Positions 27,423-36,921 of a DNA stretch of 64,000 bases are shown in pieces. Every line of letters begins with the position of its first letter. The first letter of the stretch is position 1. Source of the DNA: a virus (Duplodnaviria; Caudoviricetes); IMG/VR virus record IMGVR_UViG_3300012953_003264, positions 1 through 64,000 of that record. One strand, written 5' to 3'. Position numbers and translations under genes: made by a program. The notes beneath the pieces were generated by a model, which ran no database searches, had not been told where the DNA came from, and saw only the letters and a list, made by a program, of their open reading frames with translations.

Positions 27423-28229
27423 TTATCCTATCATCATTGCTGGGTTTAATTCAAATGTGCTTCTTATTTCTGTTTCTAGTTTTTCAACATCTGTTAGCGC
27501 TTCTGAATATATTTGTCTTCCGTTTAAAGTAACCCCACCTATCATTGCAACACCATCAAATTTAGAAAGATTAGCGCCCCATTGTTTCTTAAACAAGGCC
27601 GTTACATATCTTTTTAAATATATGTCATTATAAACATCTGTATAAATTGTAGGGTCTAGTTTTCTATAACACTCTATAACTAGATATTCACCTACTGCTA
27701 AGTCATTTTTCCAATCCATATCAACATATAATCTATTATCGTGTTGATTAAATCTTAATGGTTTTTCACCTACTAAAATATGGTCTAAAAAATCTAGGTG
27801 TCTTAATACTATATCATAATTGATAATACTAGTTGATGAGAAATCATATAAGTCGTTTAATCTTAATTGATATCTAACATCAAATAAATTCATATTACTT
27901 TTATTTGAAAAAGGAAATATATTGATTACAGATATAACACTTTCAGGAACAACTATAAAGTTGTTTCCCTCTTTCCATGTTGTAGTTACAGAATTCTTTG
28001 TAATTGACTCACTTGAATCAGCCGTCATTCTTGTCTTGTCTGCGTCTGTATATTGGTATTTTAAAAATGTTCTACGAATACCGTCATAATGGTATTGAGC
28101 AAAGTATTGTAAAGCCTCGTCTATTCTATCTTCAAGTTGGTCATCATCTATATTAATCTCAATTACAGGCTTACCTAATGCTCGTAAAGCATATTGTTTT
28201 AAATTTTCTCTTGTTGCTGGTTCTGCCAT
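27423..28229 (-). CDS. gp13: Neck protein
   Basis: LRALGKPVIEIN, KKQWGANLSKF, GGVTLNG. Confidence 0.95.
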   Translation of the reverse strand: MAEPATRENLKQYALRALGKPVIEINIDDDQLEDRIDEALQYFAQYHYDGIRRTFLKYQYTDADKTRMTADSSESITKNSVTTTWKEGNNFIVVPESVISVINIFPFSNKSNMNLFDVRYQLRLNDLYDFSSTSIINYDIVLRHLDFLDHILVGEKPLRFNQHDNRLYVDMDWKNDLAVGEYLVIECYRKLDPTIYTDVYNDIYLKRYVTALFKKQWGANLSKFDGVAMIGGVTLNGRQIYSEALTDVEKLETEIRSTFELNPAMMIG

Positions 28230-28247
28230 AATTGTACCCTTTCGGTA

Positions 28248-28255
28248 TATTTATA
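28248..28255 (-). promoter_or_regulatory. T4 late promoter upstream of gp13
   Basis: Exact TATAAATA. Confidence 0.8.
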
Positions 28256-28259
28256 AGAA

Positions 28260-28940
28260 TTATTTAATGATAGGAAAGAGATTATCGGAACAGAACAATT
28301 TAATATCTTCTTCAGGTAATCCAAGGGATTGCATAACTCTTGGTGTATGTGGATTCTTTTGTTGATGTTCACAATAGAAATTTTGTGCTTCTTTGACCTC
28401 TGATTCTTTACTATCCTCATGGAATTCTATTATTCTATCAAGATAAAAAGACAAATTATTCTCTACTAAAAGACATATATCATTTAACTCTTTTTCTTCT
28501 CTAATATTACCAGCGGCTATCATATGAGGACTAAAAATTTTTAATGCCCAATCAGGCAATTCTCTAGGTTTAGAAGGTTGATAACCCAATACTAAATCAC
28601 CAAATGCATTTACCATAGGGTGGTCTTTTTTAAGTAACGGTGAGAAATCGTGAAATGCACCAGTAACTTTCTTTTGACCTGCGATAATGTCCCAACCGAA
28701 AATAGGACCACCATTTCCAAAAGCAGGAAAAATACAAACATGTTGCATCCATAATCCTTTTTCTTCTCTTACATCAACAACATCAACATGAGCTCGTCTT
28801 ATGCCTTGACTACACCATGTTCTATTAGTCCATTTATCGTTGTTAAATCTTTCCATACCTGGTTCATTATATTCCTCTAAATAGAAATTTAATTTTTTTA
28901 TTATAGCTTCACTATTTTTTATTAGTCTATCCCAAATCAT
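28260..28940 (-). CDS. pcyX: Ferredoxin-dependent bilin reductase, PcyX-type
   Basis: RRAHVD, MQHVCIFP, PIFGWDI, AFHDFSP, KNPHT; H67/D84 pair spaced like PcyA H88/D105; D53 in place of PcyA E76. Confidence 0.82.
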   Translation of the reverse strand: MIWDRLIKNSEAIIKKLNFYLEEYNEPGMERFNNDKWTNRTWCSQGIRRAHVDVVDVREEKGLWMQHVCIFPAFGNGGPIFGWDIIAGQKKVTGAFHDFSPLLKKDHPMVNAFGDLVLGYQPSKPRELPDWALKIFSPHMIAAGNIREEKELNDICLLVENNLSFYLDRIIEFHEDSKESEVKEAQNFYCEHQQKNPHTPRVMQSLGLPEEDIKLFCSDNLFPIIK

Positions 28941-29536
28941 TAGTCTTTACCTTCCATTTCTGTACCAATGTAAGGGTCTACCTTATTCATTTCTTCAAAT
29001 AGTTTAGTCGCATTTTCAAAACAATAAATTGCCTCTGGTAATACTGAATGTTGATAAACATTCATGTAACTATTAATTGTTTCTTTAATAATTCTACCAA
29101 ACTCAATGACTTCTTTATTTCTAAAAGTGTGATATCTACATGGTCCAGGTAGTTTCTTTTTCATCATTTGACCACCTTTTAAATCTCCCATATGTCTTAC
29201 ATAGATGTGAGCATATAGTTTTTCAGGATTATCTCTAATACCTTTTACATGTTCAATATATTCTTTTGTACTATCAAAGATAGGTGGCTTTTCTTCATCT
29301 TTCCATAAGGCATTAAAGTCATATAATAAATGTTCAGCTCTTTGAAGTCCTACGGTTGTTCTAAACAATGAATTTTCTTGAGCATATTTTTCTAAAGCTG
29401 CGTAGCATTGTAATTGATTATATAAAAACACAGCAAATAATTTCTCTGGTATTTCACCAGACATTAATACTTTTACAAATTGTTGTCTTTCAGCGTTCTT
29501 ATGGTATTCCCATGTTAACTCTTTTATATCATACAT
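28940..29536 (-). CDS. hemO: Heme oxygenase
   Basis: KELTWEYHKNAE (proximal His), AHIYVRHMGDLKGGQ. Confidence 0.9.
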   Translation of the reverse strand: MYDIKELTWEYHKNAERQQFVKVLMSGEIPEKLFAVFLYNQLQCYAALEKYAQENSLFRTTVGLQRAEHLLYDFNALWKDEEKPPIFDSTKEYIEHVKGIRDNPEKLYAHIYVRHMGDLKGGQMMKKKLPGPCRYHTFRNKEVIEFGRIIKETINSYMNVYQHSVLPEAIYCFENATKLFEEMNKVDPYIGTEMEGKD

Positions 29537-30560
29537 AAAATAATGCTCCTGAAACTCCTATTACTAATATTGCCCAACCACTCAATAATTTACCATAGTA
29601 GGATAGTTTTGTTCCGAAATACATCTTACCTATTGTAACGCATTTATGCATTGGTGATAATATATATCCGGCAAAATCAACTGCAAAAAACCATGGTAGA
29701 TATTCAATACCATATAAAGCAGTTAAAATAACTGTAACAGCACCAAATCTACTAGATGAACCTAACAGAAAAGCAGATACAAATGCTAATAATGAAATTG
29801 CACCAAAACCTAACATTGTATTAGGGTCAAATCCTGTGGCTGCCATAAAGTCATAGATATCGTTTGTACTTGTTCTAACTATATTTGCTATAGCAATAAT
29901 TAAAGCAACCATACCTACAATTTTCCAATCAACATAACTTATTAATTTTTTAGGATTAAATGTTTGAGTAACTACCATGTAGTATAAAGTTAATGCACTA
30001 AAAGACCATAGAAAATTTACACCTGCAATAATAGAACCTATAGCAATAATATATGGAAAAACATATCTTGTTATTCTACTAACTTTAACTTTGCCTTTAG
30101 TATTTGTTAATTCTATATCTTCATCTTTAATTACAAAAATTAAATACCATAAAATGTATGCAATTGTAACTGCTAACAGAGGCCACATAATTCCTAAAAA
30201 TGCACCATATGATAAACCAAAGGCTGCCATAGGAAGAATGACCGTCTTTTCTAAAGGCGACCAGAAATAATAATGGTGTGTTGACATAAAATCAATAGGT
30301 CCAAACTTCTCTCTTTTCTTTGGGTCTTTACTTGCTAATGTATCTAACAAACCTGCTGATACTGTAACTCTACCTTTTATAGGCATACAACCTGTTATGG
30401 CACTAAAGATTGCCACCACAGCTCTATTACTTTTTATATTTCTTTTTAAAAATGTAAACACATCACTAAAAAGGTTATTGTCTTTAATCATACCTGCAAC
30501 CATCATCACAAAGATAATAAGAAACAAATATACTTGGCCTTTTAAAATTAATTCAATCAT
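29529..30560 (-). CDS. Polytopic membrane transporter (ion-transporter superfamily-like)
   Basis: About 9-10 hydrophobic segments in two halves; LLGSSSRF and YILSPMHKC motifs. Confidence 0.65.
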   Translation of the reverse strand: MIELILKGQVYLFLIIFVMMVAGMIKDNNLFSDVFTFLKRNIKSNRAVVAIFSAITGCMPIKGRVTVSAGLLDTLASKDPKKREKFGPIDFMSTHHYYFWSPLEKTVILPMAAFGLSYGAFLGIMWPLLAVTIAYILWYLIFVIKDEDIELTNTKGKVKVSRITRYVFPYIIAIGSIIAGVNFLWSFSALTLYYMVVTQTFNPKKLISYVDWKIVGMVALIIAIANIVRTSTNDIYDFMAATGFDPNTMLGFGAISLLAFVSAFLLGSSSRFGAVTVILTALYGIEYLPWFFAVDFAGYILSPMHKCVTIGKMYFGTKLSYYGKLLSGWAILVIGVSGALFYV

Positions 30561-30561
30561 A

Positions 30562-31059
30562 TTAAAAATAGTTAAAGTTTATATTAACTCTCCTAGGTTG
30601 GTTGGTGGTATTGGTACTACAATGTGGTTTAGAGGCGTCAAACAATAACATTCTATTTGCGACACTTTCTATTTTTGTACCGTCTTCTAATTTAGTATAA
30701 CCATCACATGTATTAACACTAAACAAACCACCATTGTTAAAATAACTATAGTCTGTATGTTTTTCATGTTCAATTAGTTTATCATCTTTTAAGTAACTAT
30801 TAACCTTTACTCTTATCAAAGATTTGATTTCTATTTTTTTAAAAACACACTTCATAATAGTTTCATAATGAGGTGAAATAGGCATAGTGTCTTCATATAA
30901 CATATGAAGATAATAAGAAAAATTATCCGATTTATTTTTATCTAAACCTGTTTCTTTATAAGAGTCCATATAAAACCATGGAAAAGGTTCATTCATAATT
31001 AAATTGTGAATAAAAATAAAATCTTCTTTATCTAAAAAATCGTCTATTACTTTGTGCAT
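30562..31059 (-). CDS. 2OG-Fe(II) oxygenase
   Basis: HTD...H...R.NINFNY. Confidence 0.8.
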   Translation of the reverse strand: MHKVIDDFLDKEDFIFIHNLIMNEPFPWFYMDSYKETGLDKNKSDNFSYYLHMLYEDTMPISPHYETIMKCVFKKIEIKSLIRVKVNSYLKDDKLIEHEKHTDYSYFNNGGLFSVNTCDGYTKLEDGTKIESVANRMLLFDASKPHCSTNTTNQPRRVNINFNYF

Positions 31060-31060
31060 G

Positions 31061-31642
31061 TTATAATCCTAAATTAAACGATATTGCTATTTTCTCGCCC
31101 TTTGGTTGTAATGTATTTCCATGTATCATATCTCCTCTAAAGAGAAACAAACTACCTGCCTTACAATCTAATTTTACATCTTTTGAATTGTATATATTAG
31201 GTGTTTTAATCTCAATATGATTAGGATAATAATATGATTGGTCATAAAAAGTTATTGTTGAATCTTTAGGTGCTTTTATATAATAAACACCCGATACTAA
31301 ACAAAATCCATGGTGATGAGGAAATAAAAAATCATTCTCGTTACTAATATTAAACCACATCTCGTTATACTTACATCTATCAATATATGAATTACTATAT
31401 TCTAGTTGTTCAATAAAACTCAATGCCTTTTTGTAAATAAAATCACTTAAAAATTTTATCTCTTCTTTTTCAAATAGTCTGGTATCTGTGTGAAATGTTG
31501 TATCCACATTTTGCGTGGCTGTTCTTTTAAAACCTTTTTGTTGTTTTAAAAAACCCTCTAAAAAATCCAGTTTATCTGAAAAGATATTTTCCATTAAAAC
31601 TAGAGGTTTAGGAAATAAGTTTATAAGTTTTGCTTCATCCAT
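31061..31642 (-). CDS. 2OG-Fe(II) oxygenase (TIGR02466-like)
   Basis: PHHH..VSGVYYI, IHG, KIAISFN. Confidence 0.8.
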   Translation of the reverse strand: MDEAKLINLFPKPLVLMENIFSDKLDFLEGFLKQQKGFKRTATQNVDTTFHTDTRLFEKEEIKFLSDFIYKKALSFIEQLEYSNSYIDRCKYNEMWFNISNENDFLFPHHHGFCLVSGVYYIKAPKDSTITFYDQSYYYPNHIEIKTPNIYNSKDVKLDCKAGSLFLFRGDMIHGNTLQPKGEKIAISFNLGL

Positions 31643-31650
31643 GATTTATC

Positions 31651-32172
31651 TCAAAAATAATTAATATTAATATTCATTCTGGTTTTACTATCTGAACAAG
31701 AGGTACTACAATGTGGTACAGAGGGGTCAAAAAATATTATTCTATTTGCAACACTTGGTATTTTCTCTTCACCTATTTTAGTATAACCATCACAGGTATT
31801 TAGGCTGTATAAGGCACCCTTATGTTTAAATGGGTAGTCTGTATGTTCAGCATGTTCTTTTACTCCTAATCCTTGGTTCAAATAAAGATTACATTTAACT
31901 CTTATAAGAGCTTTAGGGTCTATCTTTTTTAATAATGGAAACATTAACTCAAAATATTTACTTTGATGTAATGATGTTTGATTATAAAATACATGACAAA
32001 GATAGAAAAAAATATCTTTATCTTTTTGTTCTAAAGTTATTTTATCTGCAAGGTGCCAATCAAAACCTTGGTCATTTATTACTTCTAAAATCTTTTTATA
32101 ATCTTCTTCAGGAAGAAAATCATCTACAATAATTCTATTGTTACCAACATCACCCATATCCCATTTAGCCAT
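31651..32172 (-). CDS. 2OG-Fe(II) oxygenase, paralog of 30562-31059
   Basis: EHTDY, NTCDGYTK, PHCSTS, RMNININYF. Confidence 0.8.
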   Translation of the reverse strand: MAKWDMGDVGNNRIIVDDFLPEEDYKKILEVINDQGFDWHLADKITLEQKDKDIFFYLCHVFYNQTSLHQSKYFELMFPLLKKIDPKALIRVKCNLYLNQGLGVKEHAEHTDYPFKHKGALYSLNTCDGYTKIGEEKIPSVANRIIFFDPSVPHCSTSCSDSKTRMNININYF

Positions 32173-32521
32173 TTTTTAAGTCCTCATAATTATCTGGATT
32201 TCTAATATACAATCTCTTACCATGAAAATCCTGTTTATAGTCTAATGTTTTAAATTTAATTTCTTGATATATGTCATTATGAACAAGCCATCTAGGCATT
32301 TTAGGTCCTTTAATGTCTAACAACCAAGCAAAAACATCTCTATTATTAGAAAAGTACCAATAGTATTCGTATTTAAATTGAGATTTTTTAAGATAACAAT
32401 ATCTCTTACCACCATCTCTTTTAAATTCATTAATAACTTCCCATTCAGCGTCATTAGCTAATCTAACAATATGTCGTAATCCGTTTTGTTCTTGCCATCT
32501 ACTCATATTATCGGTATCCAT
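32165..32521 (-). CDS. Hypothetical protein
   Basis: ORF overlaps its neighbours. Confidence 0.55.
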   Translation of the reverse strand: MDTDNMSRWQEQNGLRHIVRLANDAEWEVINEFKRDGGKRYCYLKKSQFKYEYYWYFSNNRDVFAWLLDIKGPKMPRWLVHNDIYQEIKFKTLDYKQDFHGKRLYIRNPDNYEDLKNG

Positions 32522-33096
32522 CTAGTAAAATTTAAAGGGTCAATTTTATTTCGTTGTAAAAAATCAAATGCTATTGTAATTCTAGGTTCTTCTTTATTAG
32601 TCCATGGTGTAACTCTATGTAATAGACCAGCAGGGCTAAGTGTAATGTAACCATTTTTATTTACAATTGTGTCAACCAGGCCTTTATCATTTTTATATAA
32701 AGTTTTACTAGGTTCAGCATTTACTGATACATAACCATGCCATCTTCCGTCATTACCAACTTTTGGTCCATGTTTATGCCAATCTAAATATTCATCTTTA
32801 TCATATACATTTACCCAACCTGCCATAGCATAGTCATAGTAATTAGATTCTTTTGTTTTAAAATACTGAATTACTAGATTATATAATTCTGCAAAACCAG
32901 GCATTTGACATAAGAATACATTGTAAGTTTCATATAATTGTGTGCTTAAACTACCTTTAGCAAATTTCATATAATCTTTATCCCATGTTTTAATCCAGTT
33001 AGAGTGTCTTTTACTAACTTCGTTTGCCAAGTTTATACAACTAGGTTTTAATATATTACAATTATCAGAATGAAATAGATGGTCGTGGTGTATCAT
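32503..33096 (-). CDS. 2OG-Fe(II) oxygenase (TIGR02466-like)
   Basis: DWHKH, LLHRV, RITIAFD. Confidence 0.75.
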   Translation of the reverse strand: MIHHDHLFHSDNCNILKPSCINLANEVSKRHSNWIKTWDKDYMKFAKGSLSTQLYETYNVFLCQMPGFAELYNLVIQYFKTKESNYYDYAMAGWVNVYDKDEYLDWHKHGPKVGNDGRWHGYVSVNAEPSKTLYKNDKGLVDTIVNKNGYITLSPAGLLHRVTPWTNKEEPRITIAFDFLQRNKIDPLNFTRWIPII

Positions 33097-33097
33097 G

Positions 33098-33706
33098 TTA
33101 AATTATCAGGTGATTACTATTTTCGGGGTCACCCATTTCTCCTTTAATAAATGTGTTAAATGATATTGTAACTCTGTCATTGTTACTCTCATTTTTATCA
33201 ACATCATGTACCATAGATGAAGGAAATATAATCAATCGGCCAACTTCATTCATCACTCCAGCTTTTGTAGCTGTAAATGCGCTACTGCCTTTATCGCCAT
33301 CATAAAAAGCAAAATTACCAAAAGATGTTCTATCATCATATCTATAAAAATATGTTGGACATTTATCACCACTTACATAATAGATACAACTAAAAATACT
33401 ATTAGGGTGCATATGTGTATGATGATAAGAATGAGGTGGATTTGTATTCATCCAAGACTGTGTTATATAAAAACTTGTTTTATCACTAGCGCCTAATTGT
33501 TTGCCAAATGCTTTAACATTAAGTAAACACCAATTTTTAAAGTCTTTCATAGACTCATCTTCCATTATATCTTTTCTAGGAGTTATATAATTACCACCTT
33601 TATTTTTTATTGTTCCTAATGTTTTTAAATATTGTATTTGTTCTTCTTTTAAATTATATAAATTATCTGATTTATATACAGGTGTTGCGAATATAGCGTC
33701 TATCAT
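33098..33706 (-). CDS. 2OG-Fe(II) oxygenase (TIGR02466-like)
   Basis: HHTHMHPNSIFSCIYY, FPSSMVHDV, RVTISFN. Confidence 0.85.
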   Translation of the reverse strand: MIDAIFATPVYKSDNLYNLKEEQIQYLKTLGTIKNKGGNYITPRKDIMEDESMKDFKNWCLLNVKAFGKQLGASDKTSFYITQSWMNTNPPHSYHHTHMHPNSIFSCIYYVSGDKCPTYFYRYDDRTSFGNFAFYDGDKGSSAFTATKAGVMNEVGRLIIFPSSMVHDVDKNESNNDRVTISFNTFIKGEMGDPENSNHLII

Positions 33707-34461
33707 TTAAAGTACCTCTTATATAATTCTTTCACCTTATTTCTAGTAGGTGAAAATGAGAAACTAGACCAATAAGGTTTTTTTTCTATCCATCTCATTT
33801 CTTTTGCATTTGCGTCCCGACACACCATATTTAATTTTTTGCCCCAAATAGGAACAATTTGCATTAATGGTGTGCCGGCTTTAATAAACCTTTCTCCCTC
33901 TTTTACATTCCAATAAAGTTGTACATTTAACTCTGAACTTAAAGCAGGTTCTAAAACACCAGACGAACTCTCCCAATCGTAATGGTCTGGATATGGCATT
34001 GGTAAAAATAAAAACTTTATTTCTGGTGGTGCAATAATATTATAAGGTGTATTAATCTTTACAATATTGTTTATACGACCTTCTCTTTTAGGAATAAACT
34101 TTGTAATCATATCGCCATGAGTATCAATAATATTCATCTTTGTTTGTTCCATTAAATCGCCACTTGCAACTCGCCAAGAAAAGCCTTCTTTAGTTTTATC
34201 TGTTTTTATATAAACATCATACCACGCTGATACATACCAACCAAATTTAAATAAGTCAAATATGCCAGGACATAAGGCTATATGATTGCCTTTTTCGTTT
34301 TGTTTATAATTTTTTTTGTAATCTTCTATTGCCTTTTTAGTCCAACTAGGTTTATAATCAGACATAGGTCTTATAGGAAACATGTCAGCTACACCTGGTA
34401 CGGTGCTGACAAACTTGACATAATCTAAATCTTCCCAAAACTCTTGATAATTCCAACTCAT
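33703..34461 (-). CDS. Hypothetical protein, possibly dUTPase-like beta fold (DUF6065-like)
   Basis: CPGIFD, IKAGTPLMQIVP. Confidence 0.5.
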   Translation of the reverse strand: MSWNYQEFWEDLDYVKFVSTVPGVADMFPIRPMSDYKPSWTKKAIEDYKKNYKQNEKGNHIALCPGIFDLFKFGWYVSAWYDVYIKTDKTKEGFSWRVASGDLMEQTKMNIIDTHGDMITKFIPKREGRINNIVKINTPYNIIAPPEIKFLFLPMPYPDHYDWESSSGVLEPALSSELNVQLYWNVKEGERFIKAGTPLMQIVPIWGKKLNMVCRDANAKEMRWIEKKPYWSSFSFSPTRNKVKELYKRYFK

Positions 34462-36128
34462 TTATTTAATACAAATACTCCTAATCCATTCCAAAAATCA
34501 TTAGGGTCTTCACCCTCTGTAAATATTTCTTCTTTAAATAATACTTTGTAACCTAATTTCTCTATTGACCTAAATGTGCCGTGTCTAACTTGCGACCAAT
34601 TCCAGTCATCAATAATTAAACAGAAAGTATTATCAATCTTACTATTATATTTAGTCAAGAAGGAATAGTGAGCTTCCACGGTGTGTTCGCCATCATAGAG
34701 TACAACATTTGATTTTACAGGTATCTTGCTTAGAGAATTTTCCGAGTCCGAGTCCACGATAGTAATAGATTTACCACCAGTATATGGTCTAATATTTTTT
34801 AAGAATACTTGTTTAGTATCATCTGTTTCTGCCTTAATGTCTATATCTCTCATTGGTACATTATGCGTATCTGACCAATTATCAACAGCGTTTGCAATTA
34901 TATTATTACCCTCTAAAGCAGAGGCAAACATAGCACCTTGATATACACCTACTTCCAAATAAGTTGTATCTGGCATTTCACACATATTATTAATAAAGTG
35001 TTTTACTTTGTGAGATGTTAGACCAGGCAAGTCTAATACTGTTTGAGATAGTTTTGACTCTTCTCTTCTTGATTTATCTAACGCATTTTTAACGGCGTCA
35101 AGCATTACCTTTTGATTATTTTTCATTGTTATTAAATCACACACATTACAATCCCAACAATTAAACTTACAATTTCTTATTGTAGTTTTCCAGACATCAA
35201 TCCTTTTTTGTGCAAATTGATTATCTTTTATAAAGTTTTCAAAATCAGTATATAGTATTTCATCATTATTGTCAAACTTTTGTATAATCTTCATAGTTTC
35301 AAATAAACGACCAACATCTTCACGACCATGCATTTTTACCACATCTATGTAACCTAACAATCTATCCCACTCATCTCTAAATGGTGGAAAATTTGCTATT
35401 CGCCAATGATATGCTGGGTCTTGTTCGTCCCATTTAGGACATGAGAAGTAACTTATTGGTGTTTTAAAGTATGTTGGTTGATTGCCTTTGCTTCTTGTAT
35501 TGTTATATAAAAAGTGTTCATCTTGAACAGGACAATTTCCGTAACAACCCTCATTTGCAAGTAAACTATACTTGACATCAACACCAAGTTTATCTTTACA
35601 ATACTTTTTTACATCTTGCATACGCTTTAAAGTATCTTCATCTCTCATCAAATCTCTATCAAAGTTTATGTAATGAAAACCAGCCTCTACACACTTAACA
35701 ACTTCGTTTGGTCTTTGTACATTTCTTAATATAGTATTCTTAATCATCACATCTGGATATGCCTTTTGAAAACGGCCTGATAACATCCAAAGAGTGTGTG
35801 GTATTGTAACTATACGGACTCCCTTATCGTATAGTAATTTAAAATTTTTTATGAATAAATCTAAATTTTCGTCTGTAGGTGGTACTTCTATATTATTAAA
35901 AGTAGCAGACAAAGGAATGCCTGTAACCTTTGGTATGATAAAGGCATTTTCGTTGATTAAATTGTATTGAGTTTCGTTAAAGACATCTCCCATTGCGTCT
36001 TGTATAAAGGGAGGTATTCTACTTGTAAAATAAACATCATAGATTAAATGTTTATATCTTTTAAGAAAATTTAAAAAAGAATCAAACTGTTGTGGTGTTA
36101 ATTTGGGATTGAGTGGTACACTAAACAT
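34458..36128 (-). CDS. U32-family Fe-S TIM-barrel domain fused to a class I SAM methyltransferase
   Basis: N-terminal INFDRDLMRD, ANEGCYGNCP..EH, KMHGR, CKFNCWDCNVC; C-terminal LEVGVYQG, YDGEH, IIDDWNW. Confidence 0.72.
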   Translation of the reverse strand: MFSVPLNPKLTPQQFDSFLNFLKRYKHLIYDVYFTSRIPPFIQDAMGDVFNETQYNLINENAFIIPKVTGIPLSATFNNIEVPPTDENLDLFIKNFKLLYDKGVRIVTIPHTLWMLSGRFQKAYPDVMIKNTILRNVQRPNEVVKCVEAGFHYINFDRDLMRDEDTLKRMQDVKKYCKDKLGVDVKYSLLANEGCYGNCPVQDEHFLYNNTRSKGNQPTYFKTPISYFSCPKWDEQDPAYHWRIANFPPFRDEWDRLLGYIDVVKMHGREDVGRLFETMKIIQKFDNNDEILYTDFENFIKDNQFAQKRIDVWKTTIRNCKFNCWDCNVCDLITMKNNQKVMLDAVKNALDKSRREESKLSQTVLDLPGLTSHKVKHFINNMCEMPDTTYLEVGVYQGAMFASALEGNNIIANAVDNWSDTHNVPMRDIDIKAETDDTKQVFLKNIRPYTGGKSITIVDSDSENSLSKIPVKSNVVLYDGEHTVEAHYSFLTKYNSKIDNTFCLIIDDWNWSQVRHGTFRSIEKLGYKVLFKEEIFTEGEDPNDFWNGLGVFVLNK

Positions 36129-36141
36129 AACATAACTAAAT

Positions 36142-36160
36142 TTGCCGGGAGGAACGGCAA
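36142..36160 (-). terminator. GC-rich hairpin TTGCCG/CGGCAA between the fibre module and enzyme island 1
   Basis: 6-bp stem with a weak U tract. Confidence 0.45.
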
Positions 36161-36168
36161 CCTTTTAC

Positions 36169-36921
36169 TTAAAAAGTAATTTTTGTAGGAGGAGCGCCTA
36201 TACTACCGTCTTCAGCTGCTTGTTCCGTACTAACAGTTATAGCTAATTTATTATGTCTCCACAAATGTGCTTTAGCTATAGTGTCTAATGCGTCAACTTC
36301 ATCCTCTAATTTTTTTTGTTCGGCTAATTTTGTAGCAATAGCAGAATTATATGCTGTAACTTTAGAATTAATTTTTCCAACTAAATCTGAAACTGAAATA
36401 CCTCTAGCAGTTGCCATTGTTGTTAACATTGGTGTACTTGCTGAATTATCGGCTGTCCATGCAGCTGCTTCATCTTTTTGTTGTTCAAATGATAACTGTT
36501 CTAAATCACCTACTCTAGCACTTACGATATCTTTTGCTTTATCGTTAAATCTATCTCTAATATATTTTTTAAAAACTAAATGATTAAAAGTAAGACCTGA
36601 AGCAATTTCATCAGCAGTCATATCGTGTCTTACACTTGATGGAGCGTTAGGGTCTGTATCGGACAATATTACAGGAAAATCATCTGAAATAGCGTCACCT
36701 GATTTTAATTTTACATATCCTCTATATGCGTCTGCAAAGATAGAAGATTTTGCTTCCGCTGCTGTTATAATTTCTGCGCCGATTGAATCTAAATCCAATC
36801 TCATATCTTGGTATTCGTCTGCAATTCTATAAACACCATATGCGCCATAAGTTGTATATGCTTCTAACCAACCTTTGCCTGAAGCGTCTTGGTTTTTTAC
36901 TAATACATGTATGTTAGCCAT
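36169..36921 (-). CDS. Tail-fibre assembly/chaperone-like protein
   Basis: EQLSFEQQKDEA.AW..D..A.TPML..MA.ARG...DLV.KI pattern. Confidence 0.55.
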   Translation of the reverse strand: MANIHVLVKNQDASGKGWLEAYTTYGAYGVYRIADEYQDMRLDLDSIGAEIITAAEAKSSIFADAYRGYVKLKSGDAISDDFPVILSDTDPNAPSSVRHDMTADEIASGLTFNHLVFKKYIRDRFNDKAKDIVSARVGDLEQLSFEQQKDEAAAWTADNSASTPMLTTMATARGISVSDLVGKINSKVTAYNSAIATKLAEQKKLEDEVDALDTIAKAHLWRHNKLAITVSTEQAAEDGSIGAPPTKITF

